From NCBI GenBank assembly GCA_964016885.1, contig OZ024743.1:26164001-26228000 (forward strand): a stretch of 64,000 bases of DNA, written 5' to 3'. This DNA comes from Eledone cirrhosa (Eukaryota). Below the pieces are notes generated by a model. That model searched no databases. It saw only the letters and a list, made by a program, of their open reading frames with translations, and was not told the DNA's origin. Positions within the stretch are counted from its first letter, which is position 1; every line of letters begins with the position of its first letter. Shown here piece after piece: positions 44,513-62,743 of the stretch. The position numbers were made by a program, and so were the translations under genes.

Positions 44513-45171
44513 CTTTAAAGTTCAGATATGCACATCTCCGAGGTCTGCGCCCTAGTCGACTGCCCAGTTAACCTTAATGGAATGAACCTTATCCTGTTCA
44601 TTCTTCTCTACTCATGAGCGATGATGTCGTGATTCGTGACAAAGTTGGTTGGTATGGTAGATTTTCTTATGCTGGACCACCCAAAATGGTACGATTCCTA
44701 GCCTGGTTAGTAAGGAAGCTATTGGTTGGCTGTGCTTTTTGTAAAGGAATCGGACGTGATGTTTCACTTTTCACCTCCGAACATTCTCCCAAAGGCTCAG
44801 AAAAGATTCATGTTTCGTTACTTAACTCAACTGTTACACAAGATTAAGTATGTTTACATCTTTGGATTAAGTAATGGCTGTACAACTATAATACGATAAA
44901 CAAAACTGGATAAGGACAAAAATCAAAGTAATTACGGCGTCATAATTACGTTAGATATAAATGACCAATAATTATAACTAATTAATCGATAAAAAAGCTG
45001 ATACCGATTAATCAGCAAAATGGCCGATAATGCCGATGCCGATTGTCCTCCGATTAATCGGGGAAACTCTAGTTAGTATATATATCGCATAAAAGCTATA
45101 AAACAGCTTATAAAATAGCGAAATAGAGTGAAGACCCTTAAAAGACGGAAAAGGAAGTTGCCATCGACCGC

Positions 45172-47821
<2,650 letters not shown>

Positions 47822-47824
<3 letters not shown>

Positions 47825-47905
47825 ATAGTAATAAATGGAAAATATATCACTATAGCATCATAATTATGATGCTATAGTGATATATTTTCCATTTATTACT
47901 ATTAT
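47822..47905. repeat. Perfect 84-bp palindrome with no spacer, followed by a tail
   Basis: ATAATAGTAATAAATGGAAAATATATCACTATAGCATCATAA followed by its reverse complement. Confidence 0.92.
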
Positions 47906-48939
47906 TATTATAATACTCCAGATAAATTTTACTCGTCGAGTGCTTCCTATCTGTTATGAACATAACTCTGTTGATTACATATAAACAAAGTCTCTAACTA
48001 ACTCATTGTATATATACTGTATACTTCTTTTTAGTCCTCCATTTGTAAATATCTAAGATGGAAATATATATGTTTAACTACCAGTAATATCACAATCACC
48101 ATCACTGTAATAAACAAACTACCAGTGCCAATATCACCACAGTGATAGCAACAACACTAGCATCAACGAAAACAAATAGCATTTCCGTTCACCACGTAGT
48201 GTATGCCTGTAGGTGGGGGAGGGGGGGGGGGTTATTCAATAAATAGCATGAAGTTATACCCACGCCCACATACACACACACTTTCACACACCGGTACACC
48301 CACACATGCATACAAACACACAGTACCTCTTCCCCCTCTCTTTGTTGTTTCTCACTCTCACTCACTCTCTCCCCCTGTCTTACCCTCTCTCTCTCCCAAT
48401 AATCCAATAATCAGAGATTCATTCCTAATATTTTGACATGTGCTTTCATGATGATTATCGGACCAATAAAAATGAATCAACAAATAACTGTTTTGACGGG
48501 TCCTATTCATGTGCCTACATGCATACAGTCATACATAATTTAATGTATATGGATTAAAGCTTCAAGTGTTATACCAAAATCGTTTATTACAATAAAACAA
48601 TTGGGTTAAAGAGACTTAAGCCGATAACCAGACATGGTTTTGTTTTAGGAGAATTTGAAGATGTTAGGGAGTGGGGTCAGTATTAGTTAATAAATCTTTA
48701 CCCGGATAAGGTTTGTGGAGAATGACAGAAAAACAGAGATTTCTGTGGTGAGAAGAAAAGACAGAAAACACAGATTAATTCGAAATGGATATTTTCCCTT
48801 GTAGTGGCTTAGTCTGTCACCTAGTTTAAAATCACCACCTGCCCCTTGGGTGTCTTTTGCAGAGGTGATTTTTATAAGGGACATCGTTAACATTCCAATC
48901 TGTCTTTGGATGGTAGACGTAATCTATCGTCCGATTTAA

Positions 48940-49166
48940 CCCTTTAGCATTTACATTTCTCTCTCTATATATATACTATTGTATTTTTGTGGTAAAGGCT
49001 TTATGTTACATAATTATCTCACATAATATTGAATGTATGAGATGTTGATGTTATTTATTTTGAGAACAATACCTTAACATAAGTATGAGTGGCCGGTTAC
49101 AGCTGATTTGAACACAAAGAGGTGAGAGAGTTCTGGTCGGAAATAGCCGGTTTAAATGCTAAAGGG
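48940..49166. mobile_element. piggyBac-type MITE
   Basis: TTAA|CCCTTTAGCATTTA...TAAATGCTAAAGGG|TTAA. Confidence 0.85.
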
Positions 49167-49384
49167 TTAACACTATATTTGGCCCCTTGGGTGCCTTATG
49201 CATGAGTCCACTCTCTTGCAAACAATCGGAGCCAGTTTCTGATTTCATGATATTCCACCAGCCCTTCATCTAGAAAAGGGGTCATGAAGACTACCCTTCT
49301 CTTCCAGACTAAACAGTAAAAAGAAGAGACAAAGGTATATTATAGTTTTTAAAATGTTCGGTTTTAAAAATGTTTCGATAAAGG

Positions 49385-49564
49385 CAGTGTCGGATTTACC
49401 ATTTTACCATTGTGCTTAGGTGTGCTTAAGCACAGGGCCCCGTTGATCGAGGGGGGGGGGGGCATCTTCCTGACCCCGAAAATTGTTTACCTCCTTCAGG
49501 GCCCAAGAAAGGGGCTTCATAATTTAACTAGTACAGTGCCTCATTTGTCCTAGATCCGGCACTG
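49385..49564. mobile_element. hAT-type MITE
   Basis: TIRs CAGTGTCGGATTTA / TAGATCCGGCACTG; 8-bp TSD GATAAAGG/GATAGAGG. Confidence 0.8.
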
Positions 49565-49603
49565 GATAGAGGTGATATAACAGAAATAGTATTAATCAAT
49601 ATG

Positions 49604-50247
49604 TAGACACTACGGCTTAATACGGGATGTTTGTTTACAAACACACCGAGCATTATAATAAATGTTCGGTGAATCAATACGTACATATATATATGTGTGC
49701 ATGTATGTATATATATATATACATACTACTGTACGTCTGTATACATATATGTATGTACGTGTACATACTTATATTTAAGTAATAGCCGTACTAAGAGTGG
49801 GAAATGAAATTTCGTTTCATTTTTTCCGTTTATCGTTTTCGGTGCACCCGGCCGATTAACCCACTCGATATGCAAATTGGGTTACTCAGCTGTTAATATG
49901 CATAAGGTAAGTATATACGTTCAACAATCTGGCAGGAAGGTATACGTTGCTGACGATAGCTAATAAGCTTGAATTAAGTACAGCGTTCCTTTGTCAGTAT
50001 TGAACAAACGAGCAACGATGGTTCCTAGACACTACGGCTTAATACGGGATGTTAGTTTACAAACACACCGAGCATTATAATAAATGTTCGGTGAATCCAT
50101 ACGTACATATATATATGTGTGCATGTATGTATATATATATACATACATATATGTATACAGACGTACAGTAGTATGTACGTGTACATACTTATATTTAAGT
50201 AACAGCCGTACTAAGAGTGAGAAATGAAATTTCGTTTCATTTTTTCC
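49604..50247 (+). mobile_element. Diverged family A repeat, ~1.5 tandem monomers (period ~421 bp), with decayed hammerhead at 49944-49986
   Basis: TAGACACTACGGCTTAATACGGG at 49605 and 50026; ACGTTG CTGACGA TAGCTAATAAGCTT GAAT TAAG TA CAGCGT. Confidence 0.8.
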
Positions 50248-50539
50248 GAGTATTAATCAGTGTTTCTTTAAAAAATAATGGTTTCAGTTGAACCATTTCT
50301 AACGAAGAGGATGGATTCAAATAAAGATACGTTTAACCACACAATGAAAAGTTAGAAGAAATATTAGGAGAATAAATGACAAGAGAGAATAGGATGCATG
50401 ATCCAGCCTTGAAGAGTCTGGGGAACGGATAGCTAGTGGAGGAATCTCCAGAGAGATTGATCACTGCATCAGTCTTAATAAACCATTAATTTCTACTGTA
50501 GTACTCAATACTCATTCTCGCGTCCTTCAATATTAAACG

Positions 50540-50599
<60 letters not shown>

Positions 50600-50605
<6 letters not shown>

Positions 50606-51020
50606 TAACAGATTAAAGTTTAAGCAAAGAATCGCTGCTTTCACCCTTAACGGGATCTTCTGAAACTAACAAAGTCAATCTGTAAACGCAGAACTGGATA
50701 TTTCAAAAAACGTTGCAACCGGAGGAAGACAGGGAGACTATACTTTGGTTCGTGGAAACGTTCCCTGGCAAAGAACGGGAAAAAACGAATAATACGTCAT
50801 TAATAGGAGCGGTGAAAAACAATTACGCGCAAAGACAGAACCACGTTTATGGTATAATAGAGGTCGTAGACTAATGTTCTCTTAGGTGGTGCATAGAGAC
50901 GTTCTCTGGCAATGAACGAAAAAAACGAAGATAATACGTCATATGTGGAGCGTGGAGAACAATTGCACGCAAAGACAAAACCACGTAAATGGTATAGCTG
51001 AAGTCGTAGACTAAAAATCT
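50600..51020 (-). mobile_element. Solo PLE pLTR (family of 17180-18070) with A4 hammerhead at 50611-50680 and a ~140-bp internal duplication
   Basis: 50600-50763 is nearly identical to 17182-17345; two diverged units at ~50756-50875 and ~50897-51015. Confidence 0.78.
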
Positions 51021-52659
51021 AACTAGGAAACCGAATGAATCTCCGCTACAGAGTTAAGAACAAAATGTGTGTGTGTGTGTGTGGTCCCGTAACTCCTGAT
51101 AGAGTCGCAGGGACGCCGTATTGATATACGGTGTTTTTTGGACATTTTAAACCTGGTGGAGCCCATCCCTCTCCAGGCCTGAGTACAACAGATTTCTTCC
51201 AGAGAAAGATAGAAAGTGAGAGAGAGGAAATGAGAAAGACATATAGAGGAAGAATCCGCCCTAGCACTTGACTGATACATTTTTATCGACCTCGAAAGGA
51301 TGAAAGGCAAAGTAAACCTCGGCGGGATTTAAACTCAGAGAGCAGAGAGCCCGAAGGAATACCATAAAGCATTCTGTCCGACATTCTAACTACTCGCGGA
51401 CATGTGTCATCCGTAGCACTACATCCGTGATAGATGCTTTTATGATCAATATATAAATGTGTGTGCACGTGTGTGTGTGTGTGTATAACATCGGGATTCA
51501 GTACTGTTTCCGTCAACCAAATTCCTCTGACGATGCATGTAGAAGACTCAAAGTACCTCGCAGTTCGATCAAACCACGTTTTTTTCTTAACCGAGCATTA
51601 GTCATGACTGAACCTAAGATGAGTTGGTATCAAAATGAAGGATATAACAAGAGAACGGAGGGCATATATTTCAAAGTTAAAATTAAATTAAGAATATGTA
51701 AAACAGGAATTAATAAAAGATAAATTATAAGAGATAAATGATAATTTCTATTTAGTTAACTTTGGTAGTTGACTTAATCTGTTACCCAGGTTAACATGAT
51801 CGCCTAACACCTGACAACCTCTAAAAACCCAAACAGGGAATACCATGAAAAAAAGTCCCTAAAACGGGGAGAAATGAGGCAAAATTGGGAGATTTTACAT
51901 AATTGTTTCTACGTTAGGCACAAGGCCAGCAATTACCCAGTGCATTGCTGGTACTTTATTTTATCGACCCCGTAAGGATGAAAGGCAAAGATTTTACATA
52001 ATGAAAGCTATACCCATTTTTAAAGAGAAGACATCTCCCACCCACCCGGAAGTGAGTAGGGGATCTCCCCATCGGATGGGGAGAGTTGACAGTTCTGACC
52101 TAACCCTTAGATGCATTTAGCGTAATAATTCACTTCGATACAAGTATTCGTGCTAGGGCTTTGGTTGAAAGAAGTTTCCCTCAACCCTTCGAACAATTTC
52201 GGAAGCTCCGAAAGAGGTCATAGACACCCCACTCGTCACTCTGTGACTAAATTAAAAAATCAAAATAGAAATATATCATCTACTTTAGTGAGGCGGGTTC
52301 ATAAATCAGCTGTTTGGTTCGTGTTTTTACGTTCTAAACACGAATTTAATAAATCTGCCTCCAAATATTTCGTTGACCCGTATGATGTGCGGCCGATGAT
52401 CGAACTTGGTGGTGAATTGATTGTCGTTTTTTTTGTTTTTTTGTCCAGACCCCCCCCCCCCCTTTTTTACATTCTCATATATTTTGCTGGGTTGTATTTG
52501 TGAGGTTCCTAGCAGTAGTTAATTGTAGTTGTTGTGTGTTTATATTTGTGTTGATATTTTCATTCTAAAAGAATTGTGAGCAATTTGTAATGTTATTTAT
52601 GTATGTATTTAAAACTTAATAAAAAAATGATTTACCTCTAAACAAAAAAAATAAAATAA

Positions 52660-53404
52660 ATATTTCTAGCATTAGCCCAGGGCCAATGATTTGGCAGAGG
52701 AAGTGATTATATCAACACCAGTAGTTAACTGGTATTTAATTTTATCGACCCTGAAAGGAAAAAAGGCAAAGTTGACTTTGACGGTCACGAAATTAATAAT
52801 TGTTTCAGATTTAGGCACAAGGCCAACAATTTTTTTTTTGGGGGGGGGGGGGAAGAAAGTCGATTAAATCGACCTCAGTGCGTTACTGGTACTTTATTTT
52901 CTCGACCCCGAAAAGATGAAAGGCAAAGCTAACCTCAGCAAGATTTGAACTCAGAACCTAAAGGTTCATAACTCTATACTACACAACAATAATGTTTTCT
53001 GATTTAGCCTCAAGGCCAACAATTTTGAGATGTGGGGAAGTCGATTAAATCGACCCCAGTGCATTACTGGTACTTTATTTTATCGACCCTGCATGGATAA
53101 AAGGCAAAGCTAACCTCTGCATGATTTGAACTTAGAACGCAAAGGAAATTAATAATGAGAAAGTTAGTTATATGAACACAACCCCTTAAAATTCTTAATT
53201 ATATTTTAAATGATTTGAAAATCGATTAAATCGAAGCCAGTGCATTACTGGTACTTTATTTTATCGAATCCGGAAGGATGATTATCAAAGCTTACCTCAG
53301 CGGGATTTGAACTCAGAACGCAAAGGAAATTAATAATGAGAAAGTTAGTTATAAGAACATAACCCCTCCAAATTCTTAATTATTTTTTAAATAATTTCAA
53401 AATC
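52660..53404 (-). mobile_element. Cluster of 4-5 truncated Nin/Deu-type SINEs with a ~181-bp tandem duplication
   Basis: Repeated CTGGTACTTTATTTTATCGAC; 53041-53221 resembles 53222-53404. Further fragments at 51270-51390 and 51901-51990. Confidence 0.8.
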
Positions 53405-53901
53405 ACAGATAGTGCCCTTCATTAGAAATATGGTACGGAAAAGGTTAACACAAAACGAAGAGAATAACAGTTAAGAAAAATAAAACAGTAGTTTACAAGG
53501 TTGCTTACCTTTAACACACCTCCTACCTCACACCTCACATAGAAAGACCTCGAGTACGACTCAGACTACTGAAAGGTAGTGTTGTTATAATCTCTATGGT
53601 AATAAATCACTACTACTGTTTGGTTTACCCGCTTCCTAGACCACAGCGTGACGCTCCTCGTGTGGAGATCGATTTAATTAAAGTGAAGGAGGAGGAAGAA
53701 GAAGAAGAAGAAGAAGGGGAAATTTCATAATATATGCATGAATATATATCAGTGTGTGGGGTTGGGTGAAAGGGAGATTAACAGGATGTAGTAACACGTG
53801 TGTATATACATATATATATATATATATATACACATGTGTGTGTGTATACATATATGTATATATATTTATATATATATATACATGTGTGTGTGTGTGTGTG
53901 C

Positions 53902-53964
<63 letters not shown>

Positions 53965-53986
53965 TACATATATATAGATAGATATA

Positions 53987-56900
53987 TTTCTTTATTAGCC
54001 ACAAGGGCGCACAAGAAAAGGGGACAATACAAAGACATGCCGGGGAATTTTACATACAGTCGTGTAAAAAATATAAAAACAAACAATTACAACAATCGAA
54101 ATCACCAATAGGGGGGAGGCGCCACAAATGGGTTGTTTAATACCCCGTCGATAGAACAACCCTCAACTCCAGGAGCGTGTTGTGCAAGTGCTCCTTTCTT
54201 CCTTTTGCTCTCTTCTTCAACCTACAGGCTTATAAACAGAGAAAGCCCAATCACTCGGGCCATTTTCGCTTCATTCACCCACCTTTCAGTAAATTTACTA
54301 GGGTGCAGTGCCTCTCTCTCCACCCTGATTCTCCTTCTAAAGTGATACTTAAAGAAGGGAATCAATTGTTATCCGGAGAGAAAGGCATCTGTCCTCAGTC
54401 CTCTCAACCTCGTCCACCACATAACTTCTTTCACCATAGCCACCGTACAGAGGAAAACCGCCTCTCTTTCGTTTTTGAAAGAAGCTGGCGATTTGATCCT
54501 TACTATGGACTCGGCAGTCAACTGGATTTGTCCCATACGCGACAGCAGTTGTTCTGCATAGTTCCACAGGTCGGTTACGCCCGGCAGTGTACAATTACGT
54601 GCAGGACTGTTTCAATGTCCTGCGCGCATCTTGGACACGTCCTCTTGGAAGGATCCCTGCCGGGGCGTCCGTGCCTGTAGATCTTATCTCGAACTTGTAG
54701 AGCTCCTCGGTAGCACTGCCAGGCCAGGGACCTCTGGAAGTTGTCCATAGGTCCCGGGCGGAAAGTCCTACCAAACAGACTGGTGAGCTCATCGTCTTCG
54801 ACACCCAGAGTCTCTCCGAGCACGTTGTCGCCCTTGTAACGTACAATCCCTCTATAGAATGTCGAAGTGGAGTCTCCACTGATTGCTGCGCCCGCTTGCC
54901 AGAGGACTGTGAGCGCCTGAGCACATTCAATGTGCCAGGAGCCCATCGTTTTCGGTCTTTTCTTGACCCAGGACTGCAGCTCCGTCAGCGAGACGAGCTG
55001 TGGGAAAGCCTGTCTCACAAACGGTGCCCACACCGGTTGAGAGTCGGTGAGGAATATCTGGAGATGCCACAGCCTCAGCGCATGTTTGCGCATCATCAGT
55101 CACGGCATTCCCAGCCCTCCGTTGGAAGGGTGCTGACAGCAGACGGATCTCCTCACCAGAGGAGCCTGCTTCTTCCACAGAAACTGGAAGAGTATGCGTT
55201 CCATCTTGGCGAGGTGTTCATGGGGACAAGGCACGACAGTCAAGCGGTAGTAGATGACGGACGCTATGAAAGTGTTCGCCACTTCCGCTCGACCTTTCAA
55301 GGGCAGTTTGCACTCTGCCAACTTCAGGGTGAGTGCAAACACCTTGGCCGTGACCTCGTTCCAGTTTTTCTCCACCTGGAGGTCTGGACCGAACCAAACC
55401 CCGAGCAATTTCACCGGTCCGTCTGTCCAGCGTCCAACGACGCTGTCGGACGTCATCGGTTTGCCTCTCCACGTACTGAGTTGCAAACCGACAGACTTGT
55501 CCGGGTTTAGTTTTGCTCCCGTCAGCGTTTCGTATTCTTTCAGTAAGTTGCCGATCACCTCGATTTCCGAGGTGCTCGACGCCATTACCGTCACGTCGTC
55601 GGCATAAGCCGACGCCGCTTTGCGCAGTCCCGGTTCTAGGGGGATGCCCTGCAACAGCTCCAATTTCCGCAGTAGTGGCTCTAGAGTCAATGCATACAGA
55701 ATGGAGGAGAGAGGGCAGCCCTGTCGAATGGAACGCGTGATTGCGAACGGCTCCGATAGGTAGCCGTTCACCTTGACCCTCGAGCAGATGCTGGTGTGCA
55801 TCGCCTCGATCCATCCTCTGAACACGGGACCGAAACCGGCCGCCTTGAGAACCGCTTCCAAGTATCGATGGTCGACCCTATCGAATGCCTTAGACTGATC
55901 CAAATTGATCAGAGCCCCACCGAAGCCAGGTTTACACCCCACCCCCTCTATGATGTATCGCATGAGGTGGAGGTTGTCGTGTGTGGACCTGGTCGGGATT
56001 GCACACATTTGCGCTTTCCCTACCAGGTTCTCGACGACAAGCGCCAATCTCGTCGCTAGCACCTTGGCCAAAATCTTTAACTCTGTGTTGAGCAGAGTTA
56101 TGGGCTGGAAGTTGTTAATTTCGTCCCCCTTGTTCTCGTCTTTCCTGATCAGCGTTACTACGCCCTTGCCTGCAGAACTGGGAATTCTCCCGTTCTGCTG
56201 CTAATTGCAGTAGACGGCTTCGAGGACGCTAGGGAACAAGTCCGGCATGCCTATGTAAAACTAGACCGGGTGACTTGCGTTTCCCGCAGCGGCCCAGAGC
56301 GTCCCGTATCTCAGTGTCCGTGATCGGTCTTTCGCAGAACTCGGTGTCCGTGTTCGAGAGCCCCGTTCGGCTCACCGTCGTTCTGCTCAAACAGTCGCGC
56401 AAAGTGCCGCTGAAAGGCCGCGCACATTTGCTTGGGGTCAAGTAGCACGCGTCCGTTTTGGTCTTTCAAAGACCGAATCGTGGACTTGTTGCCACTTTTT
56501 GCCTCCGCCACTCGAGCCCAGCTGACAGCTTTCGCTCCTTCGTTTCCTAGAGCACGTGTTTTGCTTCTGACCACGCAGCCTTCGTGTTTCGCATCGAAGA
56601 ACTGGTCCAATGCCGTTCTCGACGCTAACACTCTAGCCGCGTTGCCACTTCTAAGTGCCTCCTCTACCTTGGCTACTAGTTCTCTTTCTATTCTGTTTTT
56701 CTCTAAGGCTAACTCTCTGCTATACCCTATCGATTCTATTCTAATTGCTTTCTTGAGAGAGTACCACCATCTATTGTTGACGATGGCTCCCGTTAACTTT
56801 TGCTTGACTAGTCTACTTATCCGTTCACTGTAAGCTTTACGTGCCGGCAACGACACGTTCAGCTTCCAGTATCCGGGTCCCTGTCTATGTATTCTATCAC

Positions 56901-58430
56901 GGTTGACTAAGCAGACGACTAACTTGTCATCTGAATAGGCAACCATGTGCATTCGTGGACAGCTTAACATCTCCTTGTCCCTTTCTCTAATGAATAACCT
57001 ATCTAAATACGATCTAGATGTCCCGCTGCGGTTTGCCCACGTCCACTGTGGTGCAGTCGGGAAATCCAGTCGATACCTATCGGCCAGTTGGAATTGGCCG
57101 ATTAAAGTTTTGAAGCTGTTGCACCCCGCTCTACTGGGACATGCTCCCACATAGTCCCATCGTGCATCTAGGATACCATTCTAGTCCCCCACTAAAAGTA
57201 AGGAGCGAGACGTTCCCAGAAAAGACTCTAGACGCTTAAAGAAGTCTGGCCGTGATTGCGATTGCCCGGACTGGGCATATACGGCCACAAGTCTGAAGGC
57301 TCCACCTCCAATGCTGTTCACGTCTAGGACTACCAGTCTACCCTCCGGGTCCAAGTGTACTTCCGAAACATGACAGCCACTCCACCTCCACCTCCTGGCT
57401 GACAGAGAGATGCGTAGATCTCAAAGTCGTCGAAGATGGGGTTTAGTTGCTGCCTGTTGTGGATCCTGGACTCGGTGATGGCTATCACATCCATACTGTG
57501 TGACCTAAGGTCGTTTAAAAGTTGGCCCTGTTTCCAGGGCATAGCTAGGCCACGCACATTCACGGTTCCAACTCGTAAACTAGCCATGTTGGTGAAGAAA
57601 AGTTGGAGAAAAAGGACGAAAAGGTGCACTTACCTTTTCGTTTCCTGGAGATCGGGTTGTTCAATCTCCATATTTTAACAGGACGCGGTTGATGGGTTTC
57701 TGGCAGGGGTTGCCCACGTCCTGTGAAAATTTATTTTTTAGGTCACTATAGGTCTCCATAGAAACCCTTATAAGTTTAAGGTGTGGACACGATTCTGCCT
57801 TGACGAAAGTTTTGCCCTCCGTCTCCACCTTGGGGTTTTGGGAGATGACCTCCATCAAACTCTTGTTTGTGTTGATGTATGCGTATTGTTGTTTGTGTTT
57901 TTGTTGTGTTGTTTTAGTTTGTTGTTCGTCCGGGAGTTTTCTTTTTATGGTGGGTGCTTGTGTTTGGGGTGGTGTTGGTGTTGGTTTTGCTGATAGGGGG
58001 ATGTTTGACTGTGGTGTTGTTTGTGTTGTTGTTTGTGTCTGTGGTTGTGTGTTGGTGTTGGTGATTGGAGTTTTGGGGGTTTTGTGGTGTCTCTTTTTTT
58101 TTTGTTTTTTAGATTTCCGCGGCTCTCCTTCTTCTCCACTTAAAGAAGGAGAAGCAGCTTCATCCGTCGATGAATAATCATCGTCAGGTGTGTGGGATAG
58201 AGGTATGCTGTGTGGTGGTGGTTTTTCGGTGTGTGTGTGTTTGTGGTAGTGTTTGATGGAGTGGGATGGAGTGGGGCTGTGTTATTCCAGGTGTGTTGTC
58301 TCTGTTTTTTCTGTTGTTGTTGGTTGAGTGTCTGTCTGTTTTGGTGTGGTTGCTCGTTTCGTCTGCCGTTGTACTTCTGGTGGTGGTGGTTGTTTTGGTG
58401 TTGGTGTTGGTAATAAGGTTTTTTTTAATA
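53987..58430 (-). mobile_element. Tx1/L1-clade LINE, decayed, in (TA)n
   Basis: ORF1 remnant ~57629-58420, ORF2, and 3' AATAAA abutting (TA)n. Confidence 0.9.
54210..57587 (-). pseudogene. LINE ORF2 (APE endonuclease, RT, Cys-His domain), with stops and frameshifts
   Basis: VGTVNVRGL, YLDR..SD, GPGYWKLN, DQSKAFDRVDH, RQGCPLS, YADD, GGLGMP, CPRC...H...C. Confidence 0.92.
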
Positions 58431-58511
58431 TATATAAATAGATAGATAGATAGATAGATATACATATATATATACACAGGCTCACACACACACACACACG
58501 CACACATATAT

Positions 58512-59024
<513 letters not shown>

Positions 59025-59234
59025 TATATAACTGCTCTGTAGAACAACTGTTGTTATTACATTGAGCTATTTATCTTACTGGTAATAAGGTAGTAATAAA
59101 TTACTGACCTTCACTGTTTAGGGTTTAAAATATACATAACTATAAAAAGTTTAAAATATACATAACCATAAATAATATCCTTAATATTATTAACTGCTCC
59201 ATACTGTTGAGCTAACATACATTAAATTACCAGT

Positions 59235-59450
59235 ATGCTGATCAAAGACCAACTTCCTATGTCAACCAAGAACATACCAATACCATCCAAAGATACATAC
59301 GAGAAATTATTGATCAATAGTGTCAACTCCTTTATCAATAGAGTGAGATGAAGGACATTCCATTATGATAAAAACAAATCTAACAAAATTGATGATACTA
59401 ACAAATTCGACTTCTTCGGCTTTAAAACTTTTAAACCATCAAGATTTAGC
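59235..59450 (+). pseudogene. PLE ORF N-terminus fragment
   Basis: MLIKDQLPMSTKNIPIPSKDTYEKLLINSVNSFINRVR*RTF...FGFKT resembles PLE N-termini and lies just downstream of a pLTR. Confidence 0.65.
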
Positions 59451-59661
59451 AAAGCAATGAAAAAAAGAAAACATTTTTTTTATAGTTAAAACCTTAAGAT
59501 GCCCCTTCCTTACGCTATACACTTCAATAACATCGAAACTTATTTAATATGCTTTCATTTTAAAGACTTTTTATTCAGATGTACGTACCGTGATAAGAAA
59601 ATAGGTATGTTCTAACGAAAAATCCGTGATGTAGCAGATAGCGGAACCACGCTATATGTAT

Positions 59662-59744
<83 letters not shown>

Positions 59745-59769
59745 ATATATATATATATATCTATATATA

Positions 59770-61013
<1,244 letters not shown>

Positions 61014-61274
61014 TATACATATACATATATATATATATATATGTATATAACGAAGTAATTGTGGTAAGGAACCAGATGGTCCATAACGCACCAGAGTACT
61101 GTGAGGTGATCGTCATAACAAGGGAGGCAACTCTTGCTACATATATATATATACATATACATATATATATGTATATACATGTATATACATATACATATAT
61201 ATATATATATTTTAGACACACGGTTTACTGTGTTTCTTACTATATATTGTATATATATATATATATATATTGTA

Positions 61275-61413
<139 letters not shown>

Positions 61414-61584
61414 TATATATATACACACATATATATATACATATATATACATATATATACATATATATATACACATATATATGTATATATAAATATATGT
61501 ATATATATATATATACATATATATACATATATATACATATATATATATAGATATATACATATATATATATACATATATATATAC

Positions 61585-61684
<100 letters not shown>

Positions 61685-61698
61685 GTGATATATATATA

Positions 61699-61819
61699 TA
61701 GGAAAAGGTATGACCAGGACAGCAGAGCTCAAGCCATTTCGACGGCTATTTCTGGACTATTTATGTCCAGAAATAGCCGTCGAAAAGGCTTGAGCTCTGC
61801 CGTTGGGGTCATATCTTTT

Positions 61820-61823
<4 letters not shown>
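61699..61823. repeat. Imperfect hairpin, ~59-bp arms, 7-nt loop
   Basis: ...TTTCGACGGCTATTTCTGGAC-tatttat-GTCCAGAAATAGCCGTCGAAA...; related to 62403-62544. Confidence 0.88.
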
Positions 61824-61882
<59 letters not shown>

Positions 61883-62041
61883 GTATATATCTATATATAT
61901 ATATGTATATATATGTATATATATGTATATATATGTATATATATATACATATATTTATATATACATATATATGTGTATATATATATATATGTATATATAT
62001 GTATATATATTTATATATATGTATATATATGTATATATATA

Positions 62042-62137
<96 letters not shown>

Positions 62138-62402
62138 TATATGTATTAGAAAGTGAGGTTTTTTTTACAAAATGAAAAATAACCGAGGTGTCCTACACGA
62201 GTGAAAGTATAAAGAAAAAGGGATGAAATCGAAAATGCAACTGGAGTCTTATTTTTTTTTAAAATATATATATTTATTTGGTTCCTTTACCGGTTTCGCA
62301 GTTCTTCTGCTTTTCAAAAGGTGAGTTGAGATGGAGGGTCTGTGGTTTTTCTCACATCTGATATATGTATATATATCTATATATATATATATATATATAT
62401 AT

Positions 62403-62544
62403 ATAGGAACCAGTAAGACCCCGACAGCTGAGCTCAAGCCGTTTCGACGGCTAATTCTGGACTGATGGTCGATGTTGAGAATGTGTCCAGAATTAGCCGT
62501 CGAAACGGCTTGAGCTCAGCTGTCGGGGCCTTACTGGTTCCTAT
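62403..62544. repeat. Near-perfect hairpin, 60-bp arms, 22-nt loop, tail to 62625
   Basis: Arms differ at one position; loop TGATGGTCGATGTTGAGAATGT. Confidence 0.9.
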
Positions 62545-62620
62545 TACCCACTCTACTACCTCAAGTATTGAGTACTTTGGTGCGTTATGGTCCACCTGGT
62601 TCCTTACCACATTTCTTTCG

Positions 62621-62692
<72 letters not shown>

Positions 62693-62743
62693 GTATATAC
62701 ATGTATATACATATATATATATATGTATATGTATATATATATA

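Noticed and set aside
57622-57634. Consensus splice donor AG|GTAAGT between LINE ORF1 and ORF2
   Set aside because: It overlaps the apparent ORF1 stop (AGG TAA); no acceptor partner was identified.
61758-61764. Loop TATTTAT matching 63853-63859
   Set aside because: A 7-nt AT-only match is expected by chance.
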